Shown piece after piece: positions 1-9,780 of a stretch of DNA of 59,296 nucleotides (positions within the stretch are counted from its first letter, which is position 1; the number at the start of each line of letters is the position of its first letter). The stretch covers positions 1-59,296 of the IMG/VR virus record IMGVR_UViG_3300017745_000006. One strand, 5' to 3'. The notes beneath the pieces are model-generated. The model ran no database searches. It saw nothing but the letters and a program-made list of their open reading frames with translations, and was not told where the DNA came from. Position numbers and translations under genes: made by a program. The stretch is from a virus. Taxonomy: Duplodnaviria; Caudoviricetes.

Positions 1-3000
1 CTTGATGGACAGGAAGGATCTTATTATACTGGTTATACAGATACCGCAATTGCTAACCTTATTGATTCATCACCTGGTACTCTTAATACTCTTAATGAGT
101 TAGCAGCGGCTCTTGGTGATGATGCAAGTTTCTCTACAACAGTAACTAATAGTATCGCTACTAAGTTACCAAAATCTGGTGGACAGATGACAGGGAACAT
201 AACGTTCTCTGGGTCCCAAACAGTAGATGGTAGAGATCTTTCTGTTGATGGTTCTAAGCTAGACGGCATTGAGACTGGTGCTACAGCAGACCAAACTGCA
301 TCAGAAATCCTTACGGCTATTAAAACAGTTGATGGGTCGGGTTCAGGACTAGATGCTAATCTACTTGATGGGATTAATAGCGGTAGTTTCTTAAGATCTG
401 ATGCTGATGACACGGCAACAGGAACCCTTACATTTGATGGTCGAGTAAACATTAGAGGTCACATAGACCTATCTGATGGAGAAAACCTAGACTTTGGAAG
501 TAGTGATGATGTAAGAATAAACTATAATTCCAATAACTGGTTATATTGTGATTTTAGGACTGGTAACGGCATTGCTTTTAGGGATAATGGCGTAGACACA
601 ACTATATTAACAGACTCAGGAGTTTTCAGACCACAAGTTAACGGCACAGGGTCTCTTGGTACTAGTAGTATAAAATGGGGTAATGTTCATGCAACTACAT
701 TTACTGGAGCTTTGACTGGAAATGCTACTACTTCTACTAGAGCTACAACTGCTAGTAGACTATCTCCACTGTCTGATGGTAGTTCGACAGTTTCAGTTCA
801 AGGCATGTATACCCAGTGGAATCGCGCTTCTGGAACTGGATCATCTTATTTCATCAACCAAAAAGGCACTGGAGGAGGTGGTTGGAGATTTCTATCTACA
901 ACTACATCAAATGTGGATACTGCTGTCCTATTAATAGAAGAGGATGGTCGCGTCACAATCCAAGGTTCTGATAAAACTGTTGTTGCAGATACATTTACTG
1001 GCACGGCATCTGGAAACCTTCCACTAACTGGGGGAACGTTAACAGGTGATCTCACTACGACTGGTGCGTTAACCATTGATGTTGATAACCAGGCAGCTGG
1101 TGCTCTACGTATTAATGCTAACCAAACGAATCCTCAGCAGGATTTCTATTTTGCACAAGAGATTGTATCAACACTATCCGGTGCAACACCTGCCACAACA
1201 GCCGATCGTGAACAGGGTGGACTTTGGATTGATGTCAACTCCACTGCTACTGCTGGAGATACTACCCATGAACACCGCGCATACGGAGTGTACGTTGACC
1301 TTGATGTCACAGGTGATGCTGATGTTGCTTACGGAATATATGCTGACTCTACTGTCACCCCTACTACGGGAACAGTTTCATTTGTAACTGGAGTTTATGG
1401 TCGTGCAGAAGACAACGGAGGTGCTGGTTCTGTAAGTACTGTTATTGGTGTAAGAGGTGAAGCTTCTTCAGATAATTCTACTTCAGACATTAATAATATG
1501 TACGGAGGTTACTTTAGATCTACTAATGCTGCAGATACTGGACAGATTGCTGCTACTCATGGATGTTACGGTGAAATAGAAGTAGTAAATAATACTGGAG
1601 ATAAGTTCGATAAAATGTACGTATTCCGAGCGGAATTTGATGATAATGATACTTCTGACGATAGTACTCCAATAACTGCTACATCTTACTTATATTATGG
1701 TAACTATGCCGGAACTAAACCGACAACTGCTTTTGGTGTTCATATAGCTGATGATGTACCAAATTATTTTGGTGGTGACATCGGCATCAGCACGGTTAGT
1801 CCTGCATCAAAGCTCCATATATACGGAACACAAAATGCTGGAGGGATTTTAGTAGAAGATAGTAACATCTCCACCCAGGCACCAGCAATCAAAGTCATCG
1901 GAAAGAGATCTGACGCAAACATCGGACATAGTTTCTCTGGGAAGTTACTATTAGCAAGGAATTATACAGGTGGTAAGATAACTTCTAATATTACACTAGG
2001 CACATTAGGATTCGGAGGGAATCATACTGATGGCACCATGGCCAACATCTTGTATGCCGCTTCGATTCATGGCATTGCAGAAGACAGTTTCGATAGTGCC
2101 ACTGACATGCCAACGGCGTTAACATTCCATACTGGTGCCATCGGACGAAGTGGAGATACAAATAACGTGACTATTGGTACAGAAAGACTCCGTATAGATT
2201 CAAGCGGCAACGTCGGCATCGGGACTAATAATCCAGCCGCAAAACTAGACGTAAATGGAAACATCCATGGTACAAAACTTGCTGTTGGAACAGCATCTAA
2301 CCCTGGAACTAACGTAGATATTTGTTTAGGTGCTGATAACGATACTGGATTCTCATGCCCTTCTGACGGTAATTTGAAGTTTTGGTGTAACAATTCTGAA
2401 GTTGCTTCATGGACAGCTAGTACTCTGACTTTTGCCAAGGACACAGTATTTAATGGTCGTGTCAATATTCGTGGGCACCTAGACTTTGCTGATGAGGAAT
2501 ATGCTTACTTTGGTGACAATGACGATACAAGCATCAGACATAACAGCAACGGTTGGACATACGTTGACTTCAAACAAAATGGCATTGCCTTCCAAGACAA
2601 TGGTGTAGACACAACTATATTAGAAAACTCAGGGATTTTTAGACCACAAGTTAGTGGCACAGGGTCTATTGGTACTAGTACAAGATACTGGGGCGATTCT
2701 TACTTTACTTCAGGAACATTCTCAACTAGTGGCAACCAATTATTGATCCACAATCCAGATGATGAAACTGTTATTCATAGAAATGATGGAGGTATTTACT
2801 ATATATTGTTGAGTGCTGCAGGAGCAAATCCATCAGGAACATGGTCCACCATGAGACCATTTTTCATTAACCTACAGGATGGTAAGTTAAATTCACAAAA
2901 CGGTCAAACGTTTAGAGGTGGCACATTAATTGAAGATTCTAATTTAACTGTTGAAGGCAACGTTGGCAACTCTATTACATTAAGCACAAAAGTTGGCAAT

Positions 3001-3723
3001 GGTAATGATTCAACATTTATAATCCAAAAATCCAGGGGTGGATCTGGTGGCCCATCACAAATCACAGCTGGTGATTCTCTGGGTCAAATCTTATGGAAAG
3101 GATATGATGCAGATTCGTACAATGGTGCAGCATCTATCACGTGCGTTTCTACTTCTAATACTGGTGATTTTAATGCAAACCTTAACATCGGTGTAGGAGG
3201 CACTACATCTACATTCTCATCTAGTGGGCTTGCAGTTGGAGGTAATATATATTTAGCAGATAACGAATATCTCTATTTTGGAACTGATAACGATGTTGAG
3301 CTCCACTGTGATGGATCCCATATGTATATGGACCTTAAGAGCGGAATTGGAAACTTCTACATTAGAGACGGTACGACAACGCGATATACGTTTGACGATG
3401 ACGGTAGTTTCACTGCAACTGGAAACGTTACTGCATATTCTGACATTAAATTAAAAGAGAACATTGAACCTATTGCAAACCCTCTTGATAAGGTCAATCA
3501 GATCAATGGCGTAACATTTGACAGAATAGATACTCCAGAACTCGGAAGACAGATGGGAGTTATCGCTCAAGATGTCGAAAAAGTCTGTCCCGAACTTGTT
3601 TCTACTAACGACGAAGGAACTAAGTCTGTTGCATATGGAAACATGGTTGGTTTGCTTATAGAAGCAATTAAAGACCAACAAAAACAAATCGACGAACTTA
3701 AATCAAAACTGGAGGAGAAGTAA
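1..3723 (+). CDS. Long tail fibre protein with C-terminal intramolecular chaperone (Peptidase_S74-like); 5'-truncated by window edge
   Basis: Frame is open from base 1 (LDGQEGSYY...TLNTLNELAAALGDD, a typical fibre motif), so the real start lies upstream of the window. G/T/S-rich repeats, GNVGIGT motifs, C-terminal YSDIKLKENI...GVIAQDVEKVCPELV followed by a coiled coil. Confidence 0.9.
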   Translation, partial: LDGQEGSYYTGYTDTAIANLIDSSPGTLNTLNELAAALGDDASFSTTVTNSIATKLPKSGGQMTGNITFSGSQTVDGRDLSVDGSKLDGIETGATADQTASEILTAIKTVDGSGSGLDANLLDGINSGSFLRSDADDTATGTLTFDGRVNIRGHIDLSDGENLDFGSSDDVRINYNSNNWLYCDFRTGNGIAFRDNGVDTTILTDSGVFRPQVNGTGSLGTSSIKWGNVHATTFTGALTGNATTSTRATTASRLSPLSDGSSTVSVQGMYTQWNRASGTGSSYFINQKGTGGGGWRFLSTTTSNVDTAVLLIEEDGRVTIQGSDKTVVADTFTGTASGNLPLTGGTLTGDLTTTGALTIDVDNQAAGALRINANQTNPQQDFYFAQEIVSTLSGATPATTADREQGGLWIDVNSTATAGDTTHEHRAYGVYVDLDVTGDADVAYGIYADSTVTPTTGTVSFVTGVYGRAEDNGGAGSVSTVIGVRGEASSDNSTSDINNMYGGYFRSTNAADTGQIAATHGCYGEIEVVNNTGDKFDKMYVFRAEFDDNDTSDDSTPITATSYLYYGNYAGTKPTTAFGVHIADDVPNYFGGDIGISTVSPASKLHIYGTQNAGGILVEDSNISTQAPAIKVIGKRSDANIGHSFSGKLLLARNYTGGKITSNITLGTLGFGGNHTDGTMANILYAASIHGIAEDSFDSATDMPTALTFHTGAIGRSGDTNNVTIGTERLRIDSSGNVGIGTNNPAAKLDVNGNIHGTKLAVGTASNPGTNVDICLGADNDTGFSCPSDGNLKFWCNNSEVASWTASTLTFAKDTVFNGRVNIRGHLDFADEEYAYFGDNDDTSIRHNSNGWTYVDFKQNGIAFQDNGVDTTILENSGIFRPQVSGTGSIGTSTRYWGDSYFTSGTFSTSGNQLLIHNPDDETVIHRNDGGIYYILLSAAGANPSGTWSTMRPFFINLQDGKLNSQNGQTFRGGTLIEDSNLTVEGNVGNSITLSTKVGNGNDSTFIIQKSRGGSGGPSQITAGDSLGQILWKGYDADSYNGAASITCVSTSNTGDFNANLNIGVGGTTSTFSSSGLAVGGNIYLADNEYLYFGTDNDVELHCDGSHMYMDLKSGIGNFYIRDGTTTRYTFDDDGSFTATGNVTAYSDIKLKENIEPIANPLDKVNQINGVTFDRIDTPELGRQMGVIAQDVEKVCPELVSTNDEGTKSVAYGNMVGLLIEAIKDQQKQIDELKSKLEEK
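586..2680 (+). repeat. Internal direct repeat in the tail fibre gene (586-667 vs 2599-2680)
   Basis: 82-nt segments identical at 72 positions by manual alignment; part of a duplicated ~85-aa module (GRVNIRGH...NGVDTTIL..SG.FRPQV.GTGS.GTS...WG). Confidence 0.85.
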
Positions 3724-4553
3724 TGGCATTACAGTCATCCGGAGCAATCTCTCTAAACGACATCGCTGGGGAATTTGGTGGATCTACTCCCCATAGTTTA
3801 AGTGAGTACTACGCTGCCGCTTCTGGTGTACCATCCAGCGGTGCTATAGATTTTGCTGATTTCTATGGCACTGCTTCAGGTCCAGCAACAAATGGACTAA
3901 TATTTAATCTCGATGCCAGAAATAGTAGCTCCTACACAAGTAATGCTACTACATGGTATGACCTCACAAGTAATAATAGAGATTTTAGTCTTTATGGTTC
4001 ACCTACTGGTGTCACTAATGCTATTTCATTTAGTGGGTCTAGCCAACATGCCTACATTGCAGATGGAACTTGGATTCCAGAAGGAACATCTGCAAAATCC
4101 TTTGAGATGATGATACAAATCGGTAGTCCTAGATGGGGAAGTTATGATTTGTTTGTTTCAAAAACTTCTGCAAATAATCAAAGTTTTAGTTTCGGACTTG
4201 ATCATACCACAGCTAATCCGAAGCTAGTTTGTGGAACTCAAGGTGGTGGTTCTTTTATAGGCTATTCGAGCGCAATATACACTCTTCCTTCAAGTTTTAA
4301 TTCTACGACTGCATTCCATCATTACGCTTTTACATACGACGGAAGTGTCCTCAAAATGTATGTTGATGCAAGCCTTGTATACACATCTGGGAGCGGAAAA
4401 TCCCTCCATTCCAATACTGCAAATTTACGACTGATGTGTTTCAATCCATTGATTGGATATTACTACTGGCCCGTGGATGGAGATGTGAGGTTCGCTAGGA
4501 TGTATAACAGGGCACTAAGTGCTTCAGAAATAACTTCAAACATGAACGCATAA
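3723..4553 (+). CDS. Fibre-tip adhesin-like protein with LamG/concanavalin-A-like lectin domain
   Basis: Coupled to the fibre gene (TAATG). N-terminus MALQSSGAISLNDI..EFGG..PHSLSEYY is common downstream of S74 fibres. C-terminal HHYAFTYDG..LKMYVD...RMYNRALSASEI is a LamG signature. Confidence 0.75.
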   Translation: MALQSSGAISLNDIAGEFGGSTPHSLSEYYAAASGVPSSGAIDFADFYGTASGPATNGLIFNLDARNSSSYTSNATTWYDLTSNNRDFSLYGSPTGVTNAISFSGSSQHAYIADGTWIPEGTSAKSFEMMIQIGSPRWGSYDLFVSKTSANNQSFSFGLDHTTANPKLVCGTQGGGSFIGYSSAIYTLPSSFNSTTAFHHYAFTYDGSVLKMYVDASLVYTSGSGKSLHSNTANLRLMCFNPLIGYYYWPVDGDVRFARMYNRALSASEITSNMNA

Positions 4554-4573
4554 TTTTTATTTAATAAATCACA

Positions 4574-4891
4574 ATGACACAACTTACAACAACTTGGACG
4601 GTTAATTACCTTACCCGCAGATTATCCGATGGATGGGTATTCTTTGCTGAATTTAATGTAACAGCCACTAAAGATGACACAACAGTAAGCACTAAGGGTT
4701 CAGTTACTTTTAAACAACCAGATGATCTAATTCCCTACGAAGACCTAACTGAAGAAACAGTTTTGGAGTGGATTAAAACTGAATTAAATGATGTTCCAGG
4801 TGCTGATGCAGTTATAAATATTGAAAATGAACTGCACAAAAGAATCGAAATGGCTCTGAATCCCACGGAAGCTACTGGCTTACCGTGGTAA
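4574..4891 (+). CDS. Small tail-fibre-associated protein
   Basis: TWTV...IPYEDLTEETVLEWIK...GLPW pattern, typical of small fibre-linked proteins of marine phages. Confidence 0.6.
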   Translation: MTQLTTTWTVNYLTRRLSDGWVFFAEFNVTATKDDTTVSTKGSVTFKQPDDLIPYEDLTEETVLEWIKTELNDVPGADAVINIENELHKRIEMALNPTEATGLPW

Positions 4892-4938
4892 AACAATATC
4901 AGAGTTCCAAATCATATACAATTTACAAAAATCCTATT

Positions 4939-5220
4939 ATGACAATTACTTACACAGCACCAGCAGCATCAGAAATCGCATCTGAAGACAACACTGTAGA
5001 AGTTATCTACACTAATGATTCTGGATTTACTTATACTCGTAATATTAACGTTCCACGACTAGAAAATGGTTCTGTTGATGAAGAGTACTACCAAGAGATC
5101 CTAGAAGGTCAGCTTCGTGGAGTCGAAAATAAAATAGTAGTTGGTGCGATTAGCTTTACTGACCCTAACGCTGTGTCGGAAAACGCTGAAACTTCAGGCG
5201 AAGAAGCTCCTGTAGAATAA
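4939..5220 (+). CDS. Hypothetical acidic protein (fibre module)
   Basis: ORF; ATG at 4939 (MTITYTAP) preferred over the overlapping 4885 start. Confidence 0.65.
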   Translation: MTITYTAPAASEIASEDNTVEVIYTNDSGFTYTRNINVPRLENGSVDEEYYQEILEGQLRGVENKIVVGAISFTDPNAVSENAETSGEEAPVE

Positions 5221-5242
5221 TGCGGGTTTCCGCATGTAGGGG

Positions 5243-5271
5243 TGTACAAAATCTATCTTTTGGTTTAAAAT
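5243..5271 (+). promoter_or_regulatory. Putative sigma70-type promoter TGTACA-17-TAAAAT
   Basis: TGTACA 5243-5248, 17-nt spacer, TAAAAT 5266-5271, upstream of ATG 5299; overlaps a GTTTAAAA variant of the late motif. Confidence 0.5.
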
Positions 5272-5298
5272 ATAGATGTACATATTTAACGTTAACGT

Positions 5299-5535
5299 AT
5301 GGAACCCACTGAACTTAAGACTAATTTCACCGAGCAACTCGAGAAGCTCAACAAGGAGATCGGGCAGCTACGCCAGGCCCTGGCCCAACGCCAAGAACTA
5401 GCTGTGAAACTCACAGGGGCTATTGAGGCTATGCAACTCCAGCTTGGCGAAGAGCCGGGTGCAGAGCCTGAGCCTGAGGCAGTTGCCGCAGCAACCGAGG
5501 TTGTAGAAGAGACCGCAGAAGTCCCTGCAGCCTGA
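5299..5535 (+). CDS. Small coiled-coil protein with acidic tail
   Basis: 78 aa; heptad pattern LKTNFTEQLEKLNKEIGQLRQALAQRQELAVKLTGAIEAM. Confidence 0.7.
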   Translation: MEPTELKTNFTEQLEKLNKEIGQLRQALAQRQELAVKLTGAIEAMQLQLGEEPGAEPEPEAVAAATEVVEETAEVPAA

Positions 5536-5582
5536 TAGCAGATAGGGCTCAGGGAGCCCATCTGATCCAGCTTATATAAAGA

Positions 5583-5619
5583 AAGGCGGGCGGGGAACTT
5601 AATCCTTACCCGCTTTTTT
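5583..5619. terminator. Probable bidirectional intrinsic terminator
   Basis: aaaggcggg...cccgctttttt hairpin with an A-tract upstream and a T-tract downstream, between convergent genes. Confidence 0.7.
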
Positions 5620-5881
5620 ATTGCTTAATTACAATCTCTGGTGTTCCAAGTTTAGGGCTTAGCCTACCTCCTATTACCCATATCCTTTTAACTTTCTTGC
5701 CGGCGTCATGGTAGAGATCAAAAATGTCTACCATAGTATGCCCTCTGGCAACATCTGTGTACACAGTTAAGTTCTCTTCTGAAACATACTCGACTCCGTG
5801 GCAGTCTGTAGTTAACTTAGAAAGATCAAGGCTGGGTATCTCAACCATCTCGCCAACGATCTTTACTTTTGCTTTTCCCAT
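5618..5881 (-). CDS. Hypothetical protein
   Basis: 87-aa ORF coupled to the upstream minus-strand gene. Confidence 0.65.
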   Translation of the reverse strand: MGKAKVKIVGEMVEIPSLDLSKLTTDCHGVEYVSEENLTVYTDVARGHTMVDIFDLYHDAGKKVKRIWVIGGRLSPKLGTPEIVIKQ

Positions 5882-6210
5882 TAAGATACTCGTTCTGACT
5901 GTATTATATCAGAAATCTTAGAGATATTGTCAATTGTGAGCTGAGTCCATCTTCGATCTTCTTTATTTGCTCCTGCTAAGGCCATCATTTCTCCTAAGTC
6001 AAAGCTTGCCTCAGAAGGGGTCGGCCAGCCATCTTTAAGATAGTCAAGAAACCACTCTCTTACTTCCGGTTTTAAGAATCTGCCTCCGACTATCGTCCAG
6101 ATTCCCCTGCACCAAGCAAAAGCGTCGCCGTTAGAAAGAACAACAAGATCTCCTGGGTCCCTTTCTGAGGGAAACTGAGCATTGCCTCTTGGTAATCTTG
6201 TTATTTTCAT
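5881..6210 (-). CDS. Hypothetical protein
   Basis: 109-aa ORF in a tightly packed three-gene minus-strand unit. Confidence 0.65.
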   Translation of the reverse strand: MKITRLPRGNAQFPSERDPGDLVVLSNGDAFAWCRGIWTIVGGRFLKPEVREWFLDYLKDGWPTPSEASFDLGEMMALAGANKEDRRWTQLTIDNISKISDIIQSERVS

Positions 6211-6211
6211 G

Positions 6212-6382
6212 CTATTCTGTAATCTCTACCTGAGGTGTTTCCACAGTATCTTCTGGGAAAATTTCGTTAAGAACTGCTTCTAGTTGCCTGATCATTGTAT
6301 GAATAAGGACTTTATTTTTGCTAGCTTTTGCATCTGCGTAAGCGTCAATAATTTCTGCAACGCTTTCTTTATTGATTGCCAT
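6212..6382 (-). CDS. Small hypothetical protein (56 aa), not in the ORF track
   Basis: MAINKESVAEIIDAYADAKASKNKVLIHTMIRQLEAVLNEIFPEDTVETPQVEITE*; AGGA upstream; stop is 1 nt from the next ATG. Confidence 0.7.
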   Translation of the reverse strand: MAINKESVAEIIDAYADAKASKNKVLIHTMIRQLEAVLNEIFPEDTVETPQVEITE

Positions 6383-6395
6383 AAATTCCTATGAT

Positions 6396-6403
6396 GTTTA
6401 AAG
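6396..6403 (+). promoter_or_regulatory. GTTTAAAG candidate late promoter
   Basis: Exact motif 42 nt before ATG 6446; a GTTTATAG variant at 6414-6421 on the minus strand points to the 6382 gene. Confidence 0.65.
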
Positions 6404-6445
6404 TTACATAGACCTATAAACTAAAAACCTGGGGTTTATTTCTCG

Positions 6446-6754
6446 ATGGCGTCTAATATTAAAGACTTTGAGATTTCAAAAACGTTTAGTAACGTTATTC
6501 TCACAACAGTAACAGGATCTCCTGACACTGACGGAGTACCCTCGCTTTCTATTCCGTCTACCTTAACGGGGTACACGGCTCTTCGTGACCAAGGCCGTTT
6601 ACAAGATGGCTTCGGAACTGAAATTCCTCTTGTGCTTTCCCGTAACCTTGTAGAGGTAGAAGCAGAACCCAACTCTGTTATTTCCGTAATCAGACGGCAG
6701 GATATTCGTGCTTCAAGGGCACAACAATTTATCTCAAATATAATCTGGAGCTAA
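6446..6754 (+). CDS. Hypothetical protein, probably virion/tail
   Basis: 102-aa ORF heading a structural cluster. Confidence 0.7.
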   Translation: MASNIKDFEISKTFSNVILTTVTGSPDTDGVPSLSIPSTLTGYTALRDQGRLQDGFGTEIPLVLSRNLVEVEAEPNSVISVIRRQDIRASRAQQFISNIIWS

Positions 6755-6762
6755 CATAAAAA

Positions 6763-7179
6763 ATGGCGAACGTTCTTTTACCTGAAAATATTTCCAAAAA
6801 CACTTTATTTCCTAATATCCCTAGAGAAATAAATCTTAGCGGAACAAACTACGCGGTAGTAGTTCCTGCGGCTACTAATGTCATTAGAGAGTCGCAAAAA
6901 AACTTTGCTCTTGTTACTTCTATTATTGTTACCAATAAGTCTTTAAGATCTATTCCTATTTTTGCTAAAGTAACAAACGACGTTGATAGCAAGACTGCTT
7001 TCCTTCTTTACGGAGTAAACATTCCTCCCGGCACTGCTTTTGAAGTGATCCAAGGAAATAAGTTTATCTTGTCTGAAAATGACAAGTTATATGTTTACCA
7101 CACAGATACTGCAGAAGGCGTAGCAGACGCAATGGTATCTTATGTAATTCATAAGCCAGAGGCTGAGTACACAGTTTAA
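6763..7179 (+). CDS. Small beta-rich tail-associated structural protein
   Basis: SIIVTN...NIPPGTAFEV..GNKFILSENDKLYV pattern, typical of small fibre/baseplate proteins of marine phages. Confidence 0.65.
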   Translation: MANVLLPENISKNTLFPNIPREINLSGTNYAVVVPAATNVIRESQKNFALVTSIIVTNKSLRSIPIFAKVTNDVDSKTAFLLYGVNIPPGTAFEVIQGNKFILSENDKLYVYHTDTAEGVADAMVSYVIHKPEAEYTV

Positions 7180-7382
7180 TGGTTTCTAATTTATTAGACG
7201 GGGTATACTTGTTTGACGGGCTAATACCTGATCCCGACCAAGTACTAAAAAACTTTAACTCTGCGTCTGCAGAGGACAAGAAAAGATTTTTTGTTGAATT
7301 ACAAGACTCAGGATTATTAGGTAATCCTATGATACGTAATGCGATTGAAAAATACGAGCGCGGTATGGCTTTGTATTCCTGA
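7179..7382 (+). CDS. Hypothetical protein
   Basis: 67-aa ORF coupled by TAATG. Confidence 0.6.
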   Translation: MVSNLLDGVYLFDGLIPDPDQVLKNFNSASAEDKKRFFVELQDSGLLGNPMIRNAIEKYERGMALYS

Positions 7383-7387
7383 AAAAA

Positions 7388-7395
7388 GTTTAAAG
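7388..7395 (+). promoter_or_regulatory. GTTTAAAG candidate late promoter
   Basis: Exact motif 22 nt before ATG 7418. Confidence 0.7.
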
Positions 7396-7417
7396 TAATA
7401 AAGACATATTGCTAGAC

Positions 7418-9757
7418 ATGAGATACGTACCCTCTACAGGCAGTCGATTTGTACTTCAGGTTCCTGAGGATAAAAACTCTTATATTAACGTAAAGAACCT
7501 TGATGCAAGAGGACTTTCAACAGTATTTGAAGGAAAAATTTCTAACGGAGTGGCGAGTGGGTCTGAAAACCAACTCACTATTAATGAAATCCAAGACGAC
7601 GCCGGCTTGACTTTTGATCAATACAGACCTGTTTTATCTGCAGGAATTGAAATTCAGATGTTTGCCTACGCCAATGTTGGCTTAGGATCAGGCTCTGAAT
7701 CTACCTCGGTAGGAGTTAACAGCTTAGATGCTGTAGGAATTAATTTTTCCGATAAAACCTCAACCTCAACCGAGTTTGTTGGGCCTTTAAAATATTATAT
7801 TTTTGGCTACGACGTAGAAACAGGAAAGATGCCAAATGCAGTTACTATTGTGGGCGAGGACCCAGAGTATAATGCAATTCTTGACCCTTCTAAGTGGAAC
7901 GAAGACCAGTACTTTGAAATAGGGCTTACCAGAACAAGTACCACCACTATACCAATAATATATAGAGTATGGAATGGAAATGTAGAATTTCTCGGCCTTA
8001 TAGGAAACAATAAAATTGGAACAGGATCCCTATCTTTTAAAGATTTTGGTAATAGGCAAATTCCTTCTTGGAACCAAAACGAAATCGCCTGGTCCCCCAG
8101 CTTTTTAGAAGACGTAATTCAGATTATTGGTGGAGTTCCTGTTCAAAGGAAAAAAATTATCGGAAAAGAGCTTTTAAAGATTAAGCCCATTACTGAAAAC
8201 TCGGCTCCTAACTACATAATCGCAGAAACCATAGCTGGAGGAAATCTAGCAAACGGCACAGATTATCAAATAGGAAACACTGTTAAGTTTATTATTGATG
8301 ATACGGCTCGCATTTTAGAAGGACTGTCTCTTGCTTCTGCAGGAAACATAAAAGAGCTGTTCTTTCCGGCAGGCACATATAATATTAGAGACATTGCTTT
8401 AGAAAACTCTTCTTTTGTAGACTATAGCAATATTTCTCTTAGAGGAGTGGGAGAGAGTTCTGTTATTAAAAGATTACCTTCTCACGGATCAAATAATACT
8501 TTCCCTTGCTTACTTAGCTTCTCCGGCACGAGCAGCAAGCCGGTTCAAGGTTTGAGGTTTAGAAGTATTGTATTTGATGGAAATAAAGAAGATAACGCGT
8601 CTGTTAGTCCAGCCGGTGGAGGATACGAGGATGGAAGATATATCTCTGAGGGTTTAGTTTTCTTATCCAGAGCCGAAAATATCACGGTAACAGAATGTAG
8701 ATTTATAGACGCTGCTGGCCCTGGTGTCCATTCAGAGTTTTCAACTTCTGTTCTTTTAAACCAAAACATATTTTCAAGGCTAGGAAGAAACTACGAGACG
8801 ACCGTAAGACCGGTTGAAGTCTTTGAAACAGACAATAACATTGTTCAAGGAAACATATTTGAGTTCTGTACCGCAGGTCCTTATTTCTTTGGCGTTGAGT
8901 TCTCTACAATTAACAACAACATTGTTAGATCTTGTGGAGATGACGGAGTTGTTCTAGAAACTTCTTATCAATGGAGCGCAACTAATAATCTTTCTTATTC
9001 CGATAGTGACTCGCTGATTAAGAGCGTGGATCAATACAATAACGAGTATTCAAAAGCTCCTATAGAAGTAAGAAGAGGAACGGCTCTAGAGCCCATATTC
9101 TTTACCGTTACAAATGGCGGTGAGGCTGTAGGATTGGCCGCGGATTCCATACAGGCCGACATCTATAAGTTAAATGTAAACGGTTCAAAGTCTTCTACCA
9201 AAGTAGGATCTTTTAAAGTAAATCAAACTTCTGATCAATTAGAAGCAGGGATCTTTTCTGTAACTCTTCCAGGTAATGACTCTGGATTAACTACTACGGC
9301 TGGGCTTTTTATCCCCGGAACTGGCGGGCTTTCCTTACTAGATCCCGATAATAACCAATATGGTTACATGTACGAGATATCCGCCACAGCCTTTTTAGGA
9401 GGAGGTGGAAGGGGATTTGTCCCAGTGTCTGTAGCCGAAACAACCATCGGAAGTACTGAATATCTTTCTATTAAGTTAAGAAACACTTCTGATATGCTTT
9501 CCTTTATAGCAATAGAAGAGGGATTTAGTGGTAATGATTTCATTACTATTACGGACTTTACAAATGCTAACGAAGGTATTAATACCTTAAAGGACAATGC
9601 TTATCAAATATCTTCTATAGACACAAACACAAACTCAGTGCTAATTCTACCTGTGACCGGCGTTACTCCTGGAAGTGGTGTTGACTTTAGCGGAGGCAGT
9701 CTATTCATCCGTCGCGAAAACTACCAAATTGCCGACGGCAATATAATCGTTCACTGA
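7418..9757 (+). CDS. Tailspike-like protein with right-handed parallel beta-helix (pectate-lyase-3-like) domain
   Basis: DDT...LFFPAGTYNI...NISLRGVGESSVIK and repeated N..I..N.F/N.V beta-helix rungs. Confidence 0.75.
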   Translation: MRYVPSTGSRFVLQVPEDKNSYINVKNLDARGLSTVFEGKISNGVASGSENQLTINEIQDDAGLTFDQYRPVLSAGIEIQMFAYANVGLGSGSESTSVGVNSLDAVGINFSDKTSTSTEFVGPLKYYIFGYDVETGKMPNAVTIVGEDPEYNAILDPSKWNEDQYFEIGLTRTSTTTIPIIYRVWNGNVEFLGLIGNNKIGTGSLSFKDFGNRQIPSWNQNEIAWSPSFLEDVIQIIGGVPVQRKKIIGKELLKIKPITENSAPNYIIAETIAGGNLANGTDYQIGNTVKFIIDDTARILEGLSLASAGNIKELFFPAGTYNIRDIALENSSFVDYSNISLRGVGESSVIKRLPSHGSNNTFPCLLSFSGTSSKPVQGLRFRSIVFDGNKEDNASVSPAGGGYEDGRYISEGLVFLSRAENITVTECRFIDAAGPGVHSEFSTSVLLNQNIFSRLGRNYETTVRPVEVFETDNNIVQGNIFEFCTAGPYFFGVEFSTINNNIVRSCGDDGVVLETSYQWSATNNLSYSDSDSLIKSVDQYNNEYSKAPIEVRRGTALEPIFFTVTNGGEAVGLAADSIQADIYKLNVNGSKSSTKVGSFKVNQTSDQLEAGIFSVTLPGNDSGLTTTAGLFIPGTGGLSLLDPDNNQYGYMYEISATAFLGGGGRGFVPVSVAETTIGSTEYLSIKLRNTSDMLSFIAIEEGFSGNDFITITDFTNANEGINTLKDNAYQISSIDTNTNSVLILPVTGVTPGSGVDFSGGSLFIRRENYQIADGNIIVH

Positions 9758-9780
9758 TCTATTAATCACTATCTACTACC

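Noticed and set aside
586-2680. Possible diversity-generating retroelement TR/VR pair in the fibre gene
   Set aside because: Mismatches are not confined to adenines of one copy, both copies are in-frame coding, and there is no reverse transcriptase in the window.
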